Assembly: GCA_015056185.1 (NCBI GenBank)
Contig: SVGV01000001.1
Coordinates: forward strand, 8,285 to 72,284
Length of the DNA: 64,000 bases
Source: Clostridiales bacterium
GTDB lineage: Bacteria > Bacillota > Clostridia > Christensenellales > QAND01
Direction of reading: 5' to 3'
This document shows, one piece after another, positions 1-9,500 of this stretch; within the stretch, counting starts at the first letter, position 1, and every line of letters starts with the position of its first letter. The notes beneath the pieces are model-generated. The model did no database searches and was not told the DNA's origin. It was given only the letters and a program-made list of their open reading frames with translations. The position numbers and the translations under genes were made by a program.

Positions 1-1001
1 TGCCGGTGATCAAAAAGACGAAATCCGGCTACAGTACCGATGCTGAGGTATTGGAGCAGCTTTCCGGCCGCCACGAGGTGGTGGATTGGGTGCTGGAATA
101 CCGCAAAGCCGCCAAGTTAAAATCCACCTACCTGGATGGTTTGACTGCCGTTGCGGACCCCAACAGCCAGCGCATCCACACCCGGTTTACCCAGAATATC
201 ACGGCTACCGGGCGGCTTTCCTCCATCGAGCCCAATCTGCAGAACATCCCCGTGCGCACGGAGCAGGGCAGGGAGATCCGCAAGGCGTTCATCCCCTTTG
301 AAGAGGGCAGGGTGCTCATCGCGGCGGATTACAGCCAGATCGAGCTGAGGCTGCTGGCCCATTTTGCTATGGATGATGCCATGATAGAGGTGTTTCAAAA
401 CGGGGGTGACATCCACACCGATACCGCTGCAAGGGTGTTTAATGTGGATGTGGCCGATGTAACAAAGGAGATGCGCTCTGCCGCAAAAGCGGTGAACTTT
501 GGCATCGTGTACGGCATCAGCGATTTTGGCCTTGCAAAGAACATCGGTGTGAGCCGCACGGAAGCGGCGGGGTACATCGAGACCTATTTTGCCCGGTTCC
601 CCGGGGTGAAGCGGTATTTGGACCGCAGTGTGGCCGATGGCACAGCCCGTGGTTATACGGAGACCTTGTTTGCAAGACGGCGCTACCTGCCGGAATTGAA
701 GAGCCGCAACTACAACATGCGGGAATTCGGCAAGCGGGTGGCCATGAATGCCCCCATCCAGGGGACGGCGGCAGACATCATCAAGCTGGCCATGATCCGT
801 GTAGAGGAAGAATTAAAGCCTTATGGCGAGGATGCTGTTTTGATCTTGCAGGTCCACGACGAACTCATTGTGGATTGCGCCGCCCATGTAAAGGATGAGG
901 TGGCAGAAAAGCTATCCGCCGTGATGGGATCCGTCGTGGAATTGGCAGTGCCCCTCATTGCAGAGGTAGGCTTTGGCGAAAACTGGCTGGATGCAAAATA
1001 A
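1..1001 (+). CDS. polA: DNA polymerase I, C-terminal polymerase domain (5'-truncated by window)
   Basis: Family A motifs TATGRLSS, ADYSQIELR, AKAVNFGIVYG, NAPIQGTAAD, LQVHDEL; stop at 1001. Confidence 0.98.
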   Translation, partial: PVIKKTKSGYSTDAEVLEQLSGRHEVVDWVLEYRKAAKLKSTYLDGLTAVADPNSQRIHTRFTQNITATGRLSSIEPNLQNIPVRTEQGREIRKAFIPFEEGRVLIAADYSQIELRLLAHFAMDDAMIEVFQNGGDIHTDTAARVFNVDVADVTKEMRSAAKAVNFGIVYGISDFGLAKNIGVSRTEAAGYIETYFARFPGVKRYLDRSVADGTARGYTETLFARRRYLPELKSRNYNMREFGKRVAMNAPIQGTAADIIKLAMIRVEEELKPYGEDAVLILQVHDELIVDCAAHVKDEVAEKLSAVMGSVVELAVPLIAEVGFGENWLDAK

Positions 1002-1030
1002 AAAAAGCCCCCTGAGGGGGCTTTTTGTTT
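1001..1030. terminator. Bidirectional intrinsic terminator between polA and SIS gene
   Basis: AAAAAAGCCCCC-TGA-GGGGGCTTTTTG. Confidence 0.9.
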
Positions 1031-2087
1031 AGCGCAGGATCTTACTGCCGAGTTTGCCGTGGAAGCTGGTATCCTTGGTGGTTTGGATATTGATGCCCTT
1101 CATAGCGGATACTTTTGCGCAGATACTGAACAGCAGCAGGCTGTATTCAAAACTGGCATAGTCATTGTGATTGGCAGAACGGACGGGGAAATCCCGGTCA
1201 TCACAGGCGGATTTACCGGCAATGATCATGTAGTTGGACCACTGAGCCAAAACATCCTTTAAGGTTTTCATGCGGGGCTCTTTGCCGGTATCGATGAGGA
1301 TAACCAGAGAATCCTCGTTGATGGCATTATAGACACCGTGGATGAACTCTTCAAACTCGTAGCCGCCTACGGGAACGCGGAGGGTCTCTACCAGTTTCAA
1401 GGTGCCCTCCAGGGTGATGCCGAATACATCCTTGGTGCCGACCAGGCGGATATCCTTGGATTTTGCAAGCTGATCACCGTATTTTTCGATCCAGGCATTT
1501 GCATCATCCAGGATGCCGGGCATAACAAGGGCGGTTTCCTTAAGCTCCTTCAAGGTGTTTTCATAGTCTGCTGCATCAAGCTTGCCATGGGCGTGGGCCC
1601 ATGCGGCACTGAGAAGCATGAGGTTTAAAATGGTGCACAAAAAGCCTTTGGTCTTGGGTTGCAGATCCCCTTCTTCCCCGCAGGGTACGGTGAGGATATG
1701 GTCTGCAACGGTGTCTAAAATAACCCCTTCATCCCTTCGGCCAGCCATGGATGCGGTGACGCAGCCCAGTGCTTTTGCCCGTTCCATCGCACGGAATGCG
1801 CCCAAACTGGTACCGCTTTGGGAAACACCGATCACCAGGGTGGAAGCGGGGTCGGTATACAGGTAATCTTCCGCCTGGAAGGGGTAGATCACATCCACAG
1901 GGATGCCCATGTTTTTCTGCATAAACAGCTTTGCAGCAGTACCTGCGTGAAAACTGGAGCCACTGCCGCTGATCACTACACGGGTGAAATCCTGTTTTGC
2001 TACTTTGGCCATGGTGTGCTTATGGCTCTCGATCATATCGAGCAGACGCTGGGGAGTTTCTCTTAAGCATTCTTCCATTGTAAGCAT
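1029..2087 (-). CDS. SIS-domain sugar-phosphate isomerase/deglycase (GlmS-isomerase/FrlB-like)
   Basis: VVISGSGSS, VIGVSQSGTS, KTKGF, EGTLKLVE, EEFIHG motifs; GGAGG RBS before ATG 2087. Confidence 0.85.
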   Translation of the reverse strand: MLTMEECLRETPQRLLDMIESHKHTMAKVAKQDFTRVVISGSGSSFHAGTAAKLFMQKNMGIPVDVIYPFQAEDYLYTDPASTLVIGVSQSGTSLGAFRAMERAKALGCVTASMAGRRDEGVILDTVADHILTVPCGEEGDLQPKTKGFLCTILNLMLLSAAWAHAHGKLDAADYENTLKELKETALVMPGILDDANAWIEKYGDQLAKSKDIRLVGTKDVFGITLEGTLKLVETLRVPVGGYEFEEFIHGVYNAINEDSLVILIDTGKEPRMKTLKDVLAQWSNYMIIAGKSACDDRDFPVRSANHNDYASFEYSLLLFSICAKVSAMKGINIQTTKDTSFHGKLGSKILR

Positions 2088-2226
2088 TGTGGATACCTCC
2101 AAATCTTAGTTGTATTAATATAATACCAAACGATAAAATGCGCAAGTGGATACGAAAGCAGCACTGCCCCAAAGAGTAGCCCACAGGGGCCCTGCTGTGG
2201 TATCATAACAAAAAGGTGGTGTGACC

Positions 2227-2808
2227 ATGGAACAAAAGGCCTTTGTGCTGGGGATCACAGGGAATACCGGCAGCGGGAAATCCGCAGTTTGCCGTGCTTT
2301 GCGCAGCCTTGGCGCAGCGGTTTTGGATGCGGACGCCATCGCAAAAGAATTGCAGCAGCCGGGGGGCGCAGGGCTAAAGGGCATTTGCCAGCTGTTTGGA
2401 ACGGAATATTTAATGGAAGACGGTACCTTAAACCGCCCAAAACTGGCTAAACTGGTATTTGGCTGTGAAGATCAGCTTAAAAAACTCAATGGGCTGATGT
2501 ACCCGTTGATCCGGGATGCTATAATGGAACGGGCCCGTGGGCTTAAGGGCCTTGTGGTGGTGGATGCCCCCTTGTTGTTTGATGCGGGGCTGAACACCAT
2601 TTGTGATGCTGTTTGGCTGGTGACTGCCCCTGAAAAGGTGCGTAAACAGCGCATTATGGCGCGGGATGGCCTAACAGATGAGCAGGCAGAGATGCGTATG
2701 GCGAACCAAAGGCCAATCGATGCTGCCCTTGTGGATACCGTGATCGAAAATGATGGAGAGGAATCAGTCCTTGCTGCCCGTGTGGCGGAATTGGTGGCTG
2801 CTTTATAA
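2227..2808 (+). CDS. coaE: Dephospho-CoA kinase
   Basis: LGITGNTGSGKSAV P-loop, DADAIA, LNRPKLA, DAPLLFD. Confidence 0.95.
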   Translation: MEQKAFVLGITGNTGSGKSAVCRALRSLGAAVLDADAIAKELQQPGGAGLKGICQLFGTEYLMEDGTLNRPKLAKLVFGCEDQLKKLNGLMYPLIRDAIMERARGLKGLVVVDAPLLFDAGLNTICDAVWLVTAPEKVRKQRIMARDGLTDEQAEMRMANQRPIDAALVDTVIENDGEESVLAARVAELVAAL

Positions 2809-2816
2809 AAGATAGA

Positions 2817-3458
2817 ATGGAACAAAGAAAGCATAGGCGCAGGCAAAACACTGCGGTGAATCGTAAAAAAACCAGAAGGCGGCGGAAAAACGACAGGCGT
2901 TCGCCCATTTTGCTGTTGACCATGGCGGTGGTCCTTGCCGCTATTGGGATATCTGTTTTGATGCTCACCAGCGAAAGCAGGCAGAAGGCGGCATACCCCC
3001 TTGAATACGAAGAATACCTGATGAAGTACGCAGCGGAGTACCATCTGGAGCCTGCCACGGTGGCGGGGGTCATCCACACCGAAAGCCGGTTTAAAGCCGA
3101 TGCCCAGAGCAGTGCCGGCGCCCGGGGCCTGATGCAGATCATGCCCAGTACGGGGAAGTGGATCGCAAAACGTATGGGGCTTAGCGGGTTTGACGCAGAT
3201 CAGCTTTATGACCCCGAAACAAACATCAAAATGGGCTGCTGGTACTTGGATTACCTGTACGACCGTTTTCATGGGGTGGATGATGTGGTGTTTGCTGCTT
3301 ACAACACCGGCCCCACCCGCATCGATTCCTGGCTTGGCAATGAAGAATACAGTTCCGATGGCCTGCATTTGAACGTGGTGCCCAACCATGTGACGGAAGA
3401 CTACATCAACAAAGTAAACAGAGCACGCAAGAGGTATGAAGAATATTATGGACTTTAA
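2817..3458 (+). CDS. Lytic transglycosylase (SLT domain), membrane-anchored
   Basis: Basic N-terminus plus TM helix; IHTESRF, GARGLMQIMP, AAYNTG; typical coaE-slt adjacency. Confidence 0.93.
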   Translation: MEQRKHRRRQNTAVNRKKTRRRRKNDRRSPILLLTMAVVLAAIGISVLMLTSESRQKAAYPLEYEEYLMKYAAEYHLEPATVAGVIHTESRFKADAQSSAGARGLMQIMPSTGKWIAKRMGLSGFDADQLYDPETNIKMGCWYLDYLYDRFHGVDDVVFAAYNTGPTRIDSWLGNEEYSSDGLHLNVVPNHVTEDYINKVNRARKRYEEYYGL

Positions 3459-5082
3459 AGCAAAACTGGGGTGCATCCTGCTGGCCCTGTGCCTGGTTTT
3501 CAGCCTGATGGGCTGCGGCGGCCCGGAGGCAGAACCCGCACCCACCCCATCCCCCGATACGGTTGCCCCCGATGATACCCCCGCCAAGGGGGGCAAGATG
3601 GGCATTGTAATGCCGAAAAAACCCGGCAGCTGGAATCCCCTTTTGGCAGACAGCCGGGAGATGGTGGATCTGTATTCTTTGGTGTACGATGGCCTTGTCC
3701 GCTTTGATGAGCAGATGCGGCCCATCCCTGCTTTGGCGTTAAACTGGGAAAGCGGCGATGGCGGCACCACCTGGCAGTTCCACTTACGGGAGGATGTGCA
3801 GTTCCACAACGGCAGGGCTTTGACCGCAAGCGATGTAACGGCCACATTAAAGCTTTTGAAGGGCTATTACGAGAATTCCAAGGTGACCAGCCGTTATGAG
3901 GGGATCTTTGACATCATCGACAGCTACAGTGCTGTAGATGAGAATACCGTGGAGATCAAGGTAAAAGTGCCGGGCCACCGGGTGATCTCCGCTATGACCT
4001 TCCCCGTATTGCCCAAGAATTACGGCGGCATCAGCACGCCCCCCGCAGGCACGGGGCCCTACACCATCAGCGATTTGGAAAAGGGCAAAACCATGGTGCT
4101 GACGGCCAATGGGAAGGGCTGGCGCAGGGAACCCTACATCAGCACCATCACTGTTACGGCCATGCCGGATACCGCAACGGCCCTGAGCTCGCTGGATGTC
4201 AACATGATCAGCCTGGTGCACTCCACCTTATTAACGGCGGATCACTACCGCCAGAAGGACCTGATCAAGGTGCAGTCCCTTTTGACCCAGCAGTATGAGT
4301 GCATCGTGCCCAATGTGTACAGCTCCGATGTTTCGGACAAGCGTATGCGCCAGGCCATTTTGTACGCCATCGACCGCAGTGAGATCATCAGCTCCATCTA
4401 TTTGAGCAACGCGGTGGTAGTGGATGTGCCTGTGACCCCGGATAGTTATTTGTACAGCAGCACCTCTTTTACCTATGAATACAGCCTGGCCAAAGCCAAA
4501 GAGCTGCTGAGCCAGATGGGCTTTGCCGATGAAAACGATGACGGCTTCCTTGAAAAGAACGGGAAGGCCTTTACCCTGAGCATCCTTGTAAACGAGAACC
4601 CCGGTGCCAATACCCGGGCCGATGCCGCAAGATTGATCGCCACCCAGCTTGCAAGGGTGGGCTTAAGGGCGGAAGTGAATGTGCTAAGTTGGGAGAAGTA
4701 CAACAGTGCCTTAAAGGCGGGACGGTTTGATCTGGCCCTGTGCGGCTATGACATCGGCACGGATTTTGACCTTTCCTTCTTTTTGAGCGGCAATGGCAGG
4801 CAGAACTTCAGCAATTTTTCCTCTTCTAAGCTCAACGGTCTGTTAAAGGATTATTCTTCCGCCATGACGGAAAGTGAGATCAAAGAGGCCAGTTTGGAAA
4901 TACAGAAATACCTGGTGGAGGAACTGCCTGTGATGAGCCTGTACTTCCGTACCAATTCCCTGGTGTATTACGAAGAGATCAAGGGCATTACCCTCAGCAG
5001 GGACATGGATGTTTACAAAGCGGTGGAACAATGGCACATTTATTGCCAGGGCGACGATATTAAAGCGGGAGGAAGTCAATAA
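3436..5082 (+). CDS. Peptide/nickel ABC transporter substrate-binding lipoprotein (family 5)
   Basis: Lipobox LMGC; YDGLVRFD, PALALNW, FHLREDVQFHNG, GTGPY; no permease genes adjacent. Confidence 0.9.
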   Translation: MKNIMDFKAKLGCILLALCLVFSLMGCGGPEAEPAPTPSPDTVAPDDTPAKGGKMGIVMPKKPGSWNPLLADSREMVDLYSLVYDGLVRFDEQMRPIPALALNWESGDGGTTWQFHLREDVQFHNGRALTASDVTATLKLLKGYYENSKVTSRYEGIFDIIDSYSAVDENTVEIKVKVPGHRVISAMTFPVLPKNYGGISTPPAGTGPYTISDLEKGKTMVLTANGKGWRREPYISTITVTAMPDTATALSSLDVNMISLVHSTLLTADHYRQKDLIKVQSLLTQQYECIVPNVYSSDVSDKRMRQAILYAIDRSEIISSIYLSNAVVVDVPVTPDSYLYSSTSFTYEYSLAKAKELLSQMGFADENDDGFLEKNGKAFTLSILVNENPGANTRADAARLIATQLARVGLRAEVNVLSWEKYNSALKAGRFDLALCGYDIGTDFDLSFFLSGNGRQNFSNFSSSKLNGLLKDYSSAMTESEIKEASLEIQKYLVEELPVMSLYFRTNSLVYYEEIKGITLSRDMDVYKAVEQWHIYCQGDDIKAGGSQ

Positions 5083-5088
5083 TAGTTA

Positions 5089-5116
5089 TTGACTTTTTCC
5101 CGGATTCCGTTATAAT
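5089..5116 (+). promoter_or_regulatory. Sigma-A promoter of tRNA-Leu
   Basis: TTGACT-N16-TATAAT about 20 nt upstream of the tRNA. Confidence 0.8.
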
Positions 5117-5135
5117 AACTAATGCTGTGAATAAT

Positions 5136-5218
5136 GCGGTCATGGCGGAACAGGCAGACGCGCACGTTTGAGGGGCGTGTGGGAGACCATCCGGGTTCAA
5201 GTCCCGGTGACCGCACCA
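5136..5218 (+). tRNA. tRNA-Leu (anticodon GAG)
   Basis: Acceptor GCGGTCA/TGACCGC+ACCA, D-arm, anticodon stem CACGT/GCGTG with loop TTGAGGG, long variable arm, GGTTCAAGTCC T-loop, encoded CCA. Confidence 0.97.
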
Positions 5219-5221
5219 AAT

Positions 5222-5254
5222 ACTACGAACGAAATTTCGTTCGTAGTTTTTTTG
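5222..5254 (+). terminator. Terminator after tRNA-Leu
   Basis: Perfect palindrome ACTACGAACGAAA/TTTCGTTCGTAGT followed by a T tract. Confidence 0.85.
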
Positions 5255-5348
5255 TACCTTTTTTGTGCCGTTAAATGTGGTATACTGAAGCCAGAACAAA
5301 ATGGGCGCAGCCCGTAACCATATTACCCAATTACAGGAGGAAACTAAC

Positions 5349-6491
5349 ATGGCAAATCGTTTTGTATCCAATGCGATCTCTTATCACGGCAAGGGCGCAG
5401 TTGCCGAGATCCCCGGTTTGGTAGCAGCCAAAGGCTTCAAAAAGGCTTTTATTGCAACCGACCCTGACCTTGTAAAGTTTGGCGTAACCAAGAAGGTGAC
5501 GGATATTCTGGATGCTGCCGGCATGGATTACGAGATCTATTCCGACATCAAGCCCAATCCCACCATTGAAAACGTACAGTCCGGCGTGGCTGCCTACAAA
5601 GCCAGCGGTGCAGATTACATGATCACCGTGGGCGGCGGTTCCTCCATGGATACCGGCAAGGCCATCGGCATCATCATCAACAACCCTGAGTTTGCAGACG
5701 TCCGTTCTCTGGAAGGCGTTGCCCCCACCAAGAACCGCACGGTATACACCATTGCAGTGCCCACCACCGCCGGCACCGCTGCGGAAGCCACCATCAACTA
5801 CGTCATAACCGATGTAGAGCGTAAGCGGAAGTTTGTTTGCGTGGACGTCAACGACATCCCCGACATTGCTATTGTAGATCCTGATATGATGGCCACCATG
5901 CCCAAGGGCCTGACCGCCTCCACCGGCATGGACGCTCTGACCCACGCCATTGAAGGCTACACCACCAAGGGCGCATGGGATCTGCCCGATTGCCTTAACC
6001 TTGAGGCCATTCGCCTCATCGGCAAGAGCCTGCGTGCTGCCGTTAACAACGAGGATGCCGGCCGGGAAGGCATGGCTCTTGGCCAGTTTGTGACGGGTAT
6101 GGCATTCTCCAACGTTGGTCTGGGTATTGCACACTCCATCGCCCATACCCTTGGCGCTGTGTACGATACCCCCCACGGTGTGGCCTGCGCCATGATGCTG
6201 CCCATCGTAATGGCTTACAATGCCGATGTGACCGGCGAAAAGTACAAAGCCATCGCCGAGGCCATGGGTGTGGATACCACCGGCATGGATCAGGAAGCTT
6301 ACCGCAAGGCTGCTGTGGATGCCGTCCGCCAGCTGAGCGTGGATGTGGGCATCCCCACCAAGCTTGATGCCATCAAGGAAGAGGATCTGGACTTCTTAGC
6401 TCAATCCGCCTTTGATGATGCCTGCGCCCCCGGCAACCCCAAGGCTGCATCCGTGGAGGATATTAAGGGCCTCATCCGTGAGTTGATGTAA
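5349..6491 (+). CDS. fucO: Lactaldehyde reductase / iron-containing alcohol dehydrogenase
   Basis: GGGSSMD, PTTAGTAAE, GMDALTHAIE, GIAHSIAH motifs; AGGAGG RBS; FucO-like N-terminus MANRFV. Confidence 0.85.
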   Translation: MANRFVSNAISYHGKGAVAEIPGLVAAKGFKKAFIATDPDLVKFGVTKKVTDILDAAGMDYEIYSDIKPNPTIENVQSGVAAYKASGADYMITVGGGSSMDTGKAIGIIINNPEFADVRSLEGVAPTKNRTVYTIAVPTTAGTAAEATINYVITDVERKRKFVCVDVNDIPDIAIVDPDMMATMPKGLTASTGMDALTHAIEGYTTKGAWDLPDCLNLEAIRLIGKSLRAAVNNEDAGREGMALGQFVTGMAFSNVGLGIAHSIAHTLGAVYDTPHGVACAMMLPIVMAYNADVTGEKYKAIAEAMGVDTTGMDQEAYRKAAVDAVRQLSVDVGIPTKLDAIKEEDLDFLAQSAFDDACAPGNPKAASVEDIKGLIRELM

Positions 6492-6497
6492 TTGATC

Positions 6498-6531
6498 AAA
6501 AAAGAGACGGCGAAAAGCCGTCTCTTTTTTT
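6498..6531 (+). terminator. Intrinsic terminator after fucO
   Basis: AAAAAAGAGACGGC-GAAAA-GCCGTCTCTTTTTTT. Confidence 0.9.
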
Positions 6532-6635
6532 GCAAGAAATGATGGTTGACACTACCTTGTTCGAGTGTTAGAATACAACACAAAATCAGCCCGATGAAAC
6601 TTTCAGGATCCCATAAAGAAACTGGAAGCGGAGGA

Positions 6636-6717
6636 GGCTCTGGAGAATCCCATTGAATTGGGTGCCCAAGGTGCAAGGCGCGTAAGCGCTGAATCTCTCA
6701 GGCAAAAGGACAGAGTT
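6636..6717 (+). ncRNA. Glycine riboswitch aptamer
   Basis: CTCTGGAGA...CCCAAGGTGCAA...GAATCTCTCAGGCAAAAGGACAGAG signature upstream of an AGCS symporter. Confidence 0.85.
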
Positions 6718-6759
6718 GCAGGTTTTCGCAGTGTATTTATCATGTGATCCTGATTTCCG

Positions 6760-6792
6760 AACCGCCTTCAGCAACGAGGGCGGTTTTTAATT
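6760..6792 (+). terminator. Riboswitch expression-platform terminator
   Basis: AACCGCCTT-CAGCAACG-AGGGCGGTT-TTTAATTT between aptamer and RBS. Confidence 0.75.
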
Positions 6793-6815
6793 TTGCGTAA
6801 GCTTGGAGGAACACT

Positions 6816-8192
6816 ATGGACGCACTGCTATCGATCGTAAAAGAGATCAACTTCTACCTTTCGGACTACATCCTCATCATTTTATTGGTGGGCGTAGGCC
6901 TGTACTTTACCATCCGCACCCGGTTTATTCAGGTACGCTGCTTTGGGGAAGCCATGCGCAAGGCCTTTGGGGGCATCAAGTTTAAAGGCGGCAAGCAAAA
7001 GGGCGGGTTAAGCTCCTTCCAGGCCCTGGCCACCGCTGTGGCTGCCCAGGTTGGCACCGGCAACATCGTAGGTGCCTGCGGTGCGATTTTGATCGGCGGG
7101 CCCGGGGCCATCTTCTGGATGTGGATCATCGCCTTCTTTGGCATGGCCACCATCTACGCAGAGGCGGTTTTGGCCCAGAAGACCCGTGTGGTGATGGAAG
7201 ACGGTACCGTTTACGGCGGCCCGGTGTATTACATTCGCCAGGCTTTTAAGGGCAAAGGCGGCAAGGTGTTGGCCGGATTCTTTGCGGTAGCCACCATCCT
7301 GGCGCTGGGCTTTATGGGTGCCATGGTGCAATCCAACTCCATCGGTGAGACCTGCAGCACCGCTTTTGGCATCCCCCCCTATGTGATCGGCATTGTTGTG
7401 GCCCTGGTTTCCGCCTTTGTATTCATCGGCGGTGCCCAGCGGATCGCATCCGTTGCGGAAAAGCTGGTGCCCGTGATGGCGCTGATCTACATTATGGGCA
7501 GCCTTGTTGTGCTGGCACTGCGCATTGAGCATGTGGGTGAAGCATTTTCTATGATCTTCCGGTATGCATTTACCCCTAATGCGCTGCTGGGCGGCAGCAT
7601 CGGCGCAGCATTGAAAAAGGCCATCAGCCAGGGCGTAAAGCGGGGATTATTCAGCAACGAAGCCGGTATGGGTTCCACCCCCCATGCCCATGCATTGGCT
7701 AAGGTGAAGGATCCCCATGACCAGGGTGTCATCGCCATGGCAGGCGTGTTTGTGGATACCTTTGTGGTGCTTACCATGACCGCTCTTGTGGTCATCACCA
7801 CCCTTTATGCCGGTAACGGCATCCTGGCGACGGGGGCGGCCGAGGGCGTAAGCAAAGCCAATATGGCACAGCTGGCCTTTGGCAGTGTGTTTGGGCCCCA
7901 GGCGGGTAGCATCTTTGTGGCCATCTGCCTGCTGTTCTTCGCCTTTACCACCATCATCGGGTGGAACCTCTTTGGCAAGATCAACATCGTATACCTCTTT
8001 GGTGAGAAAGCTGCCAAGGTGTATTCCGTACTGGCGGTCGGGTTCATCTTTTTAGGATCCTGCCTGAGCAATGATTTGGTGTGGGAATTGACGGATATGT
8101 TCAACCAGCTGATGGTCATCCCCAACGCATTGGCCCTCCTTGCGTTAGGATCTTTGGTGGTGAACACGGTAAAGAAAAAGAAAGAGAAATAA
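6816..8192 (+). CDS. Alanine/glycine:cation symporter (AGCS family)
   Basis: SSFQALATAVAAQVGTGNIVG, GGPGAIFWMW, RGLFSNEAGMGSTPHAHA. Confidence 0.95.
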   Translation: MDALLSIVKEINFYLSDYILIILLVGVGLYFTIRTRFIQVRCFGEAMRKAFGGIKFKGGKQKGGLSSFQALATAVAAQVGTGNIVGACGAILIGGPGAIFWMWIIAFFGMATIYAEAVLAQKTRVVMEDGTVYGGPVYYIRQAFKGKGGKVLAGFFAVATILALGFMGAMVQSNSIGETCSTAFGIPPYVIGIVVALVSAFVFIGGAQRIASVAEKLVPVMALIYIMGSLVVLALRIEHVGEAFSMIFRYAFTPNALLGGSIGAALKKAISQGVKRGLFSNEAGMGSTPHAHALAKVKDPHDQGVIAMAGVFVDTFVVLTMTALVVITTLYAGNGILATGAAEGVSKANMAQLAFGSVFGPQAGSIFVAICLLFFAFTTIIGWNLFGKINIVYLFGEKAAKVYSVLAVGFIFLGSCLSNDLVWELTDMFNQLMVIPNALALLALGSLVVNTVKKKKEK

Positions 8193-8220
8193 AAAAAGAG
8201 CCCTTCGGGGCTCTTTTTTT
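8191..8220. terminator. Bidirectional terminator
   Basis: AAAAAAAGAGCCC-TTCG-GGGCTCTTTTTTT between convergent genes. Confidence 0.9.
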
Positions 8221-8231
8221 ATTTCGTTGCT

Positions 8232-9419
8232 TTAGTTGCTCTGGAGCGGAATGCCCTTTTTGCGGCCAAGCTGGGGCAGGGTGTACATGAGCACCACTGC
8301 GGCGGTAACAAGGGCTGCCACCGTGAGGTAGGTCGCCCGAATGCCGATGGCATCCACAAGGGCACCTGCCAGAAGGTTGCCCAACACGCCCGCCAGGGAC
8401 TGGGCTGCAGCATTGACGGTGACGACGGTGGATTTTAAGCCGGCGGGGGCTAAGCTGTGAACATAGTTGATGTTGATGCCGATGATCCAGGCGAACACCG
8501 TACCGCTGACCACCATAATGGCATAAAGGGACCATACCGAGGTGGTGGCAGCAAGGACCAGGCACTCGATCACATAATAGAAGAAGCACAGGGGGATGAG
8601 CTTTTGGGGGTCGAACTTCTTCATTAAGAAAGGCACCAGCATAAAGGAGGGGAATTCCATAAACGCCCGGATGCCAAAGGCGATGCCCTGCAAAGAGGGG
8701 TCTGCGTGGATCTCAGAAAGGAGGTAGGGCACCAGGGTGCCGTGGAGCATAAAGGGGATCCACACCACCATAAGGCAGAGGATGTGGCTGACCAGGTAGT
8801 AGTTTTTAAACACTCTGCCCAGCTGCAGCTTGCCCCGCTTTTCTCCCGTGGCGGTGGAAGAATAATCCCCTAATTTGCGGGTCAGTAAAATGACGGGGGC
8901 TAAGATCAGAATGGGAATGTAAAACATGGCCCCCACGCCGAAGGCCGCCATTAAAGGGGTGGATAGCAGGGCGATAATGGAATAACCCAAGGAGCCCCAT
9001 TTACGGGCTGCGCTGTACTGCACCTTGGGGTTGGCCGTCTGCACCTGCATTAAGTAGCTGTCCGTCAGAGAACCCACGGGGGAGCGGACCCAGGCACCTG
9101 CCACCACGAATACCACCACAAGGGGGAAGGTAGCGATCTTAATGGGCATGGTAAGGGGGATGCCCAGCCACACCAAACAGGTGAGGGTGAGGGTCACGTA
9201 CATGGTTTTGCGGGGGGAACCGATCTTATCCGCAATGACGCCAAACAAGGGGGGTGTTAACAGCGCCATTAAGGAGTTGATGCTCAGTACGGTTCCAAGC
9301 ATCATGCTGGACATGCCCGTGCTGCGCAGCACCACTGCCAAATAACTGCCGCCCGTAAGTCCGCCTACGATGAGGAAATCCAGAATGTTCAGCCGAAGCT
9401 GGATCTTTTTGTGGTCCAT
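8232..9419 (-). CDS. MFS transporter
   Basis: About 12 hydrophobic segments, FGVIADKIG loop motif, RKWGSLGY. Confidence 0.88.
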   Translation of the reverse strand: MDHKKIQLRLNILDFLIVGGLTGGSYLAVVLRSTGMSSMMLGTVLSINSLMALLTPPLFGVIADKIGSPRKTMYVTLTLTCLVWLGIPLTMPIKIATFPLVVVFVVAGAWVRSPVGSLTDSYLMQVQTANPKVQYSAARKWGSLGYSIIALLSTPLMAAFGVGAMFYIPILILAPVILLTRKLGDYSSTATGEKRGKLQLGRVFKNYYLVSHILCLMVVWIPFMLHGTLVPYLLSEIHADPSLQGIAFGIRAFMEFPSFMLVPFLMKKFDPQKLIPLCFFYYVIECLVLAATTSVWSLYAIMVVSGTVFAWIIGININYVHSLAPAGLKSTVVTVNAAAQSLAGVLGNLLAGALVDAIGIRATYLTVAALVTAAVVLMYTLPQLGRKKGIPLQSN

Positions 9420-9500
9420 GATGATTCCTTTCTAAAACTTTATATCCACCATTTTTTCATAGTGTATAAATTAAGTCAAGTTTATGGACGCATCTGAAGA

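Noticed and set aside
2817-3458. SLT gene as the cassette's lysin
   Set aside because: 28 kb away and in the usual coaE-slt housekeeping context.
5136-5254. tRNA-Leu as an integration site
   Set aside because: I saw no duplicate of its 3' end in the window and no integrase; the following palindrome is explained as a terminator.
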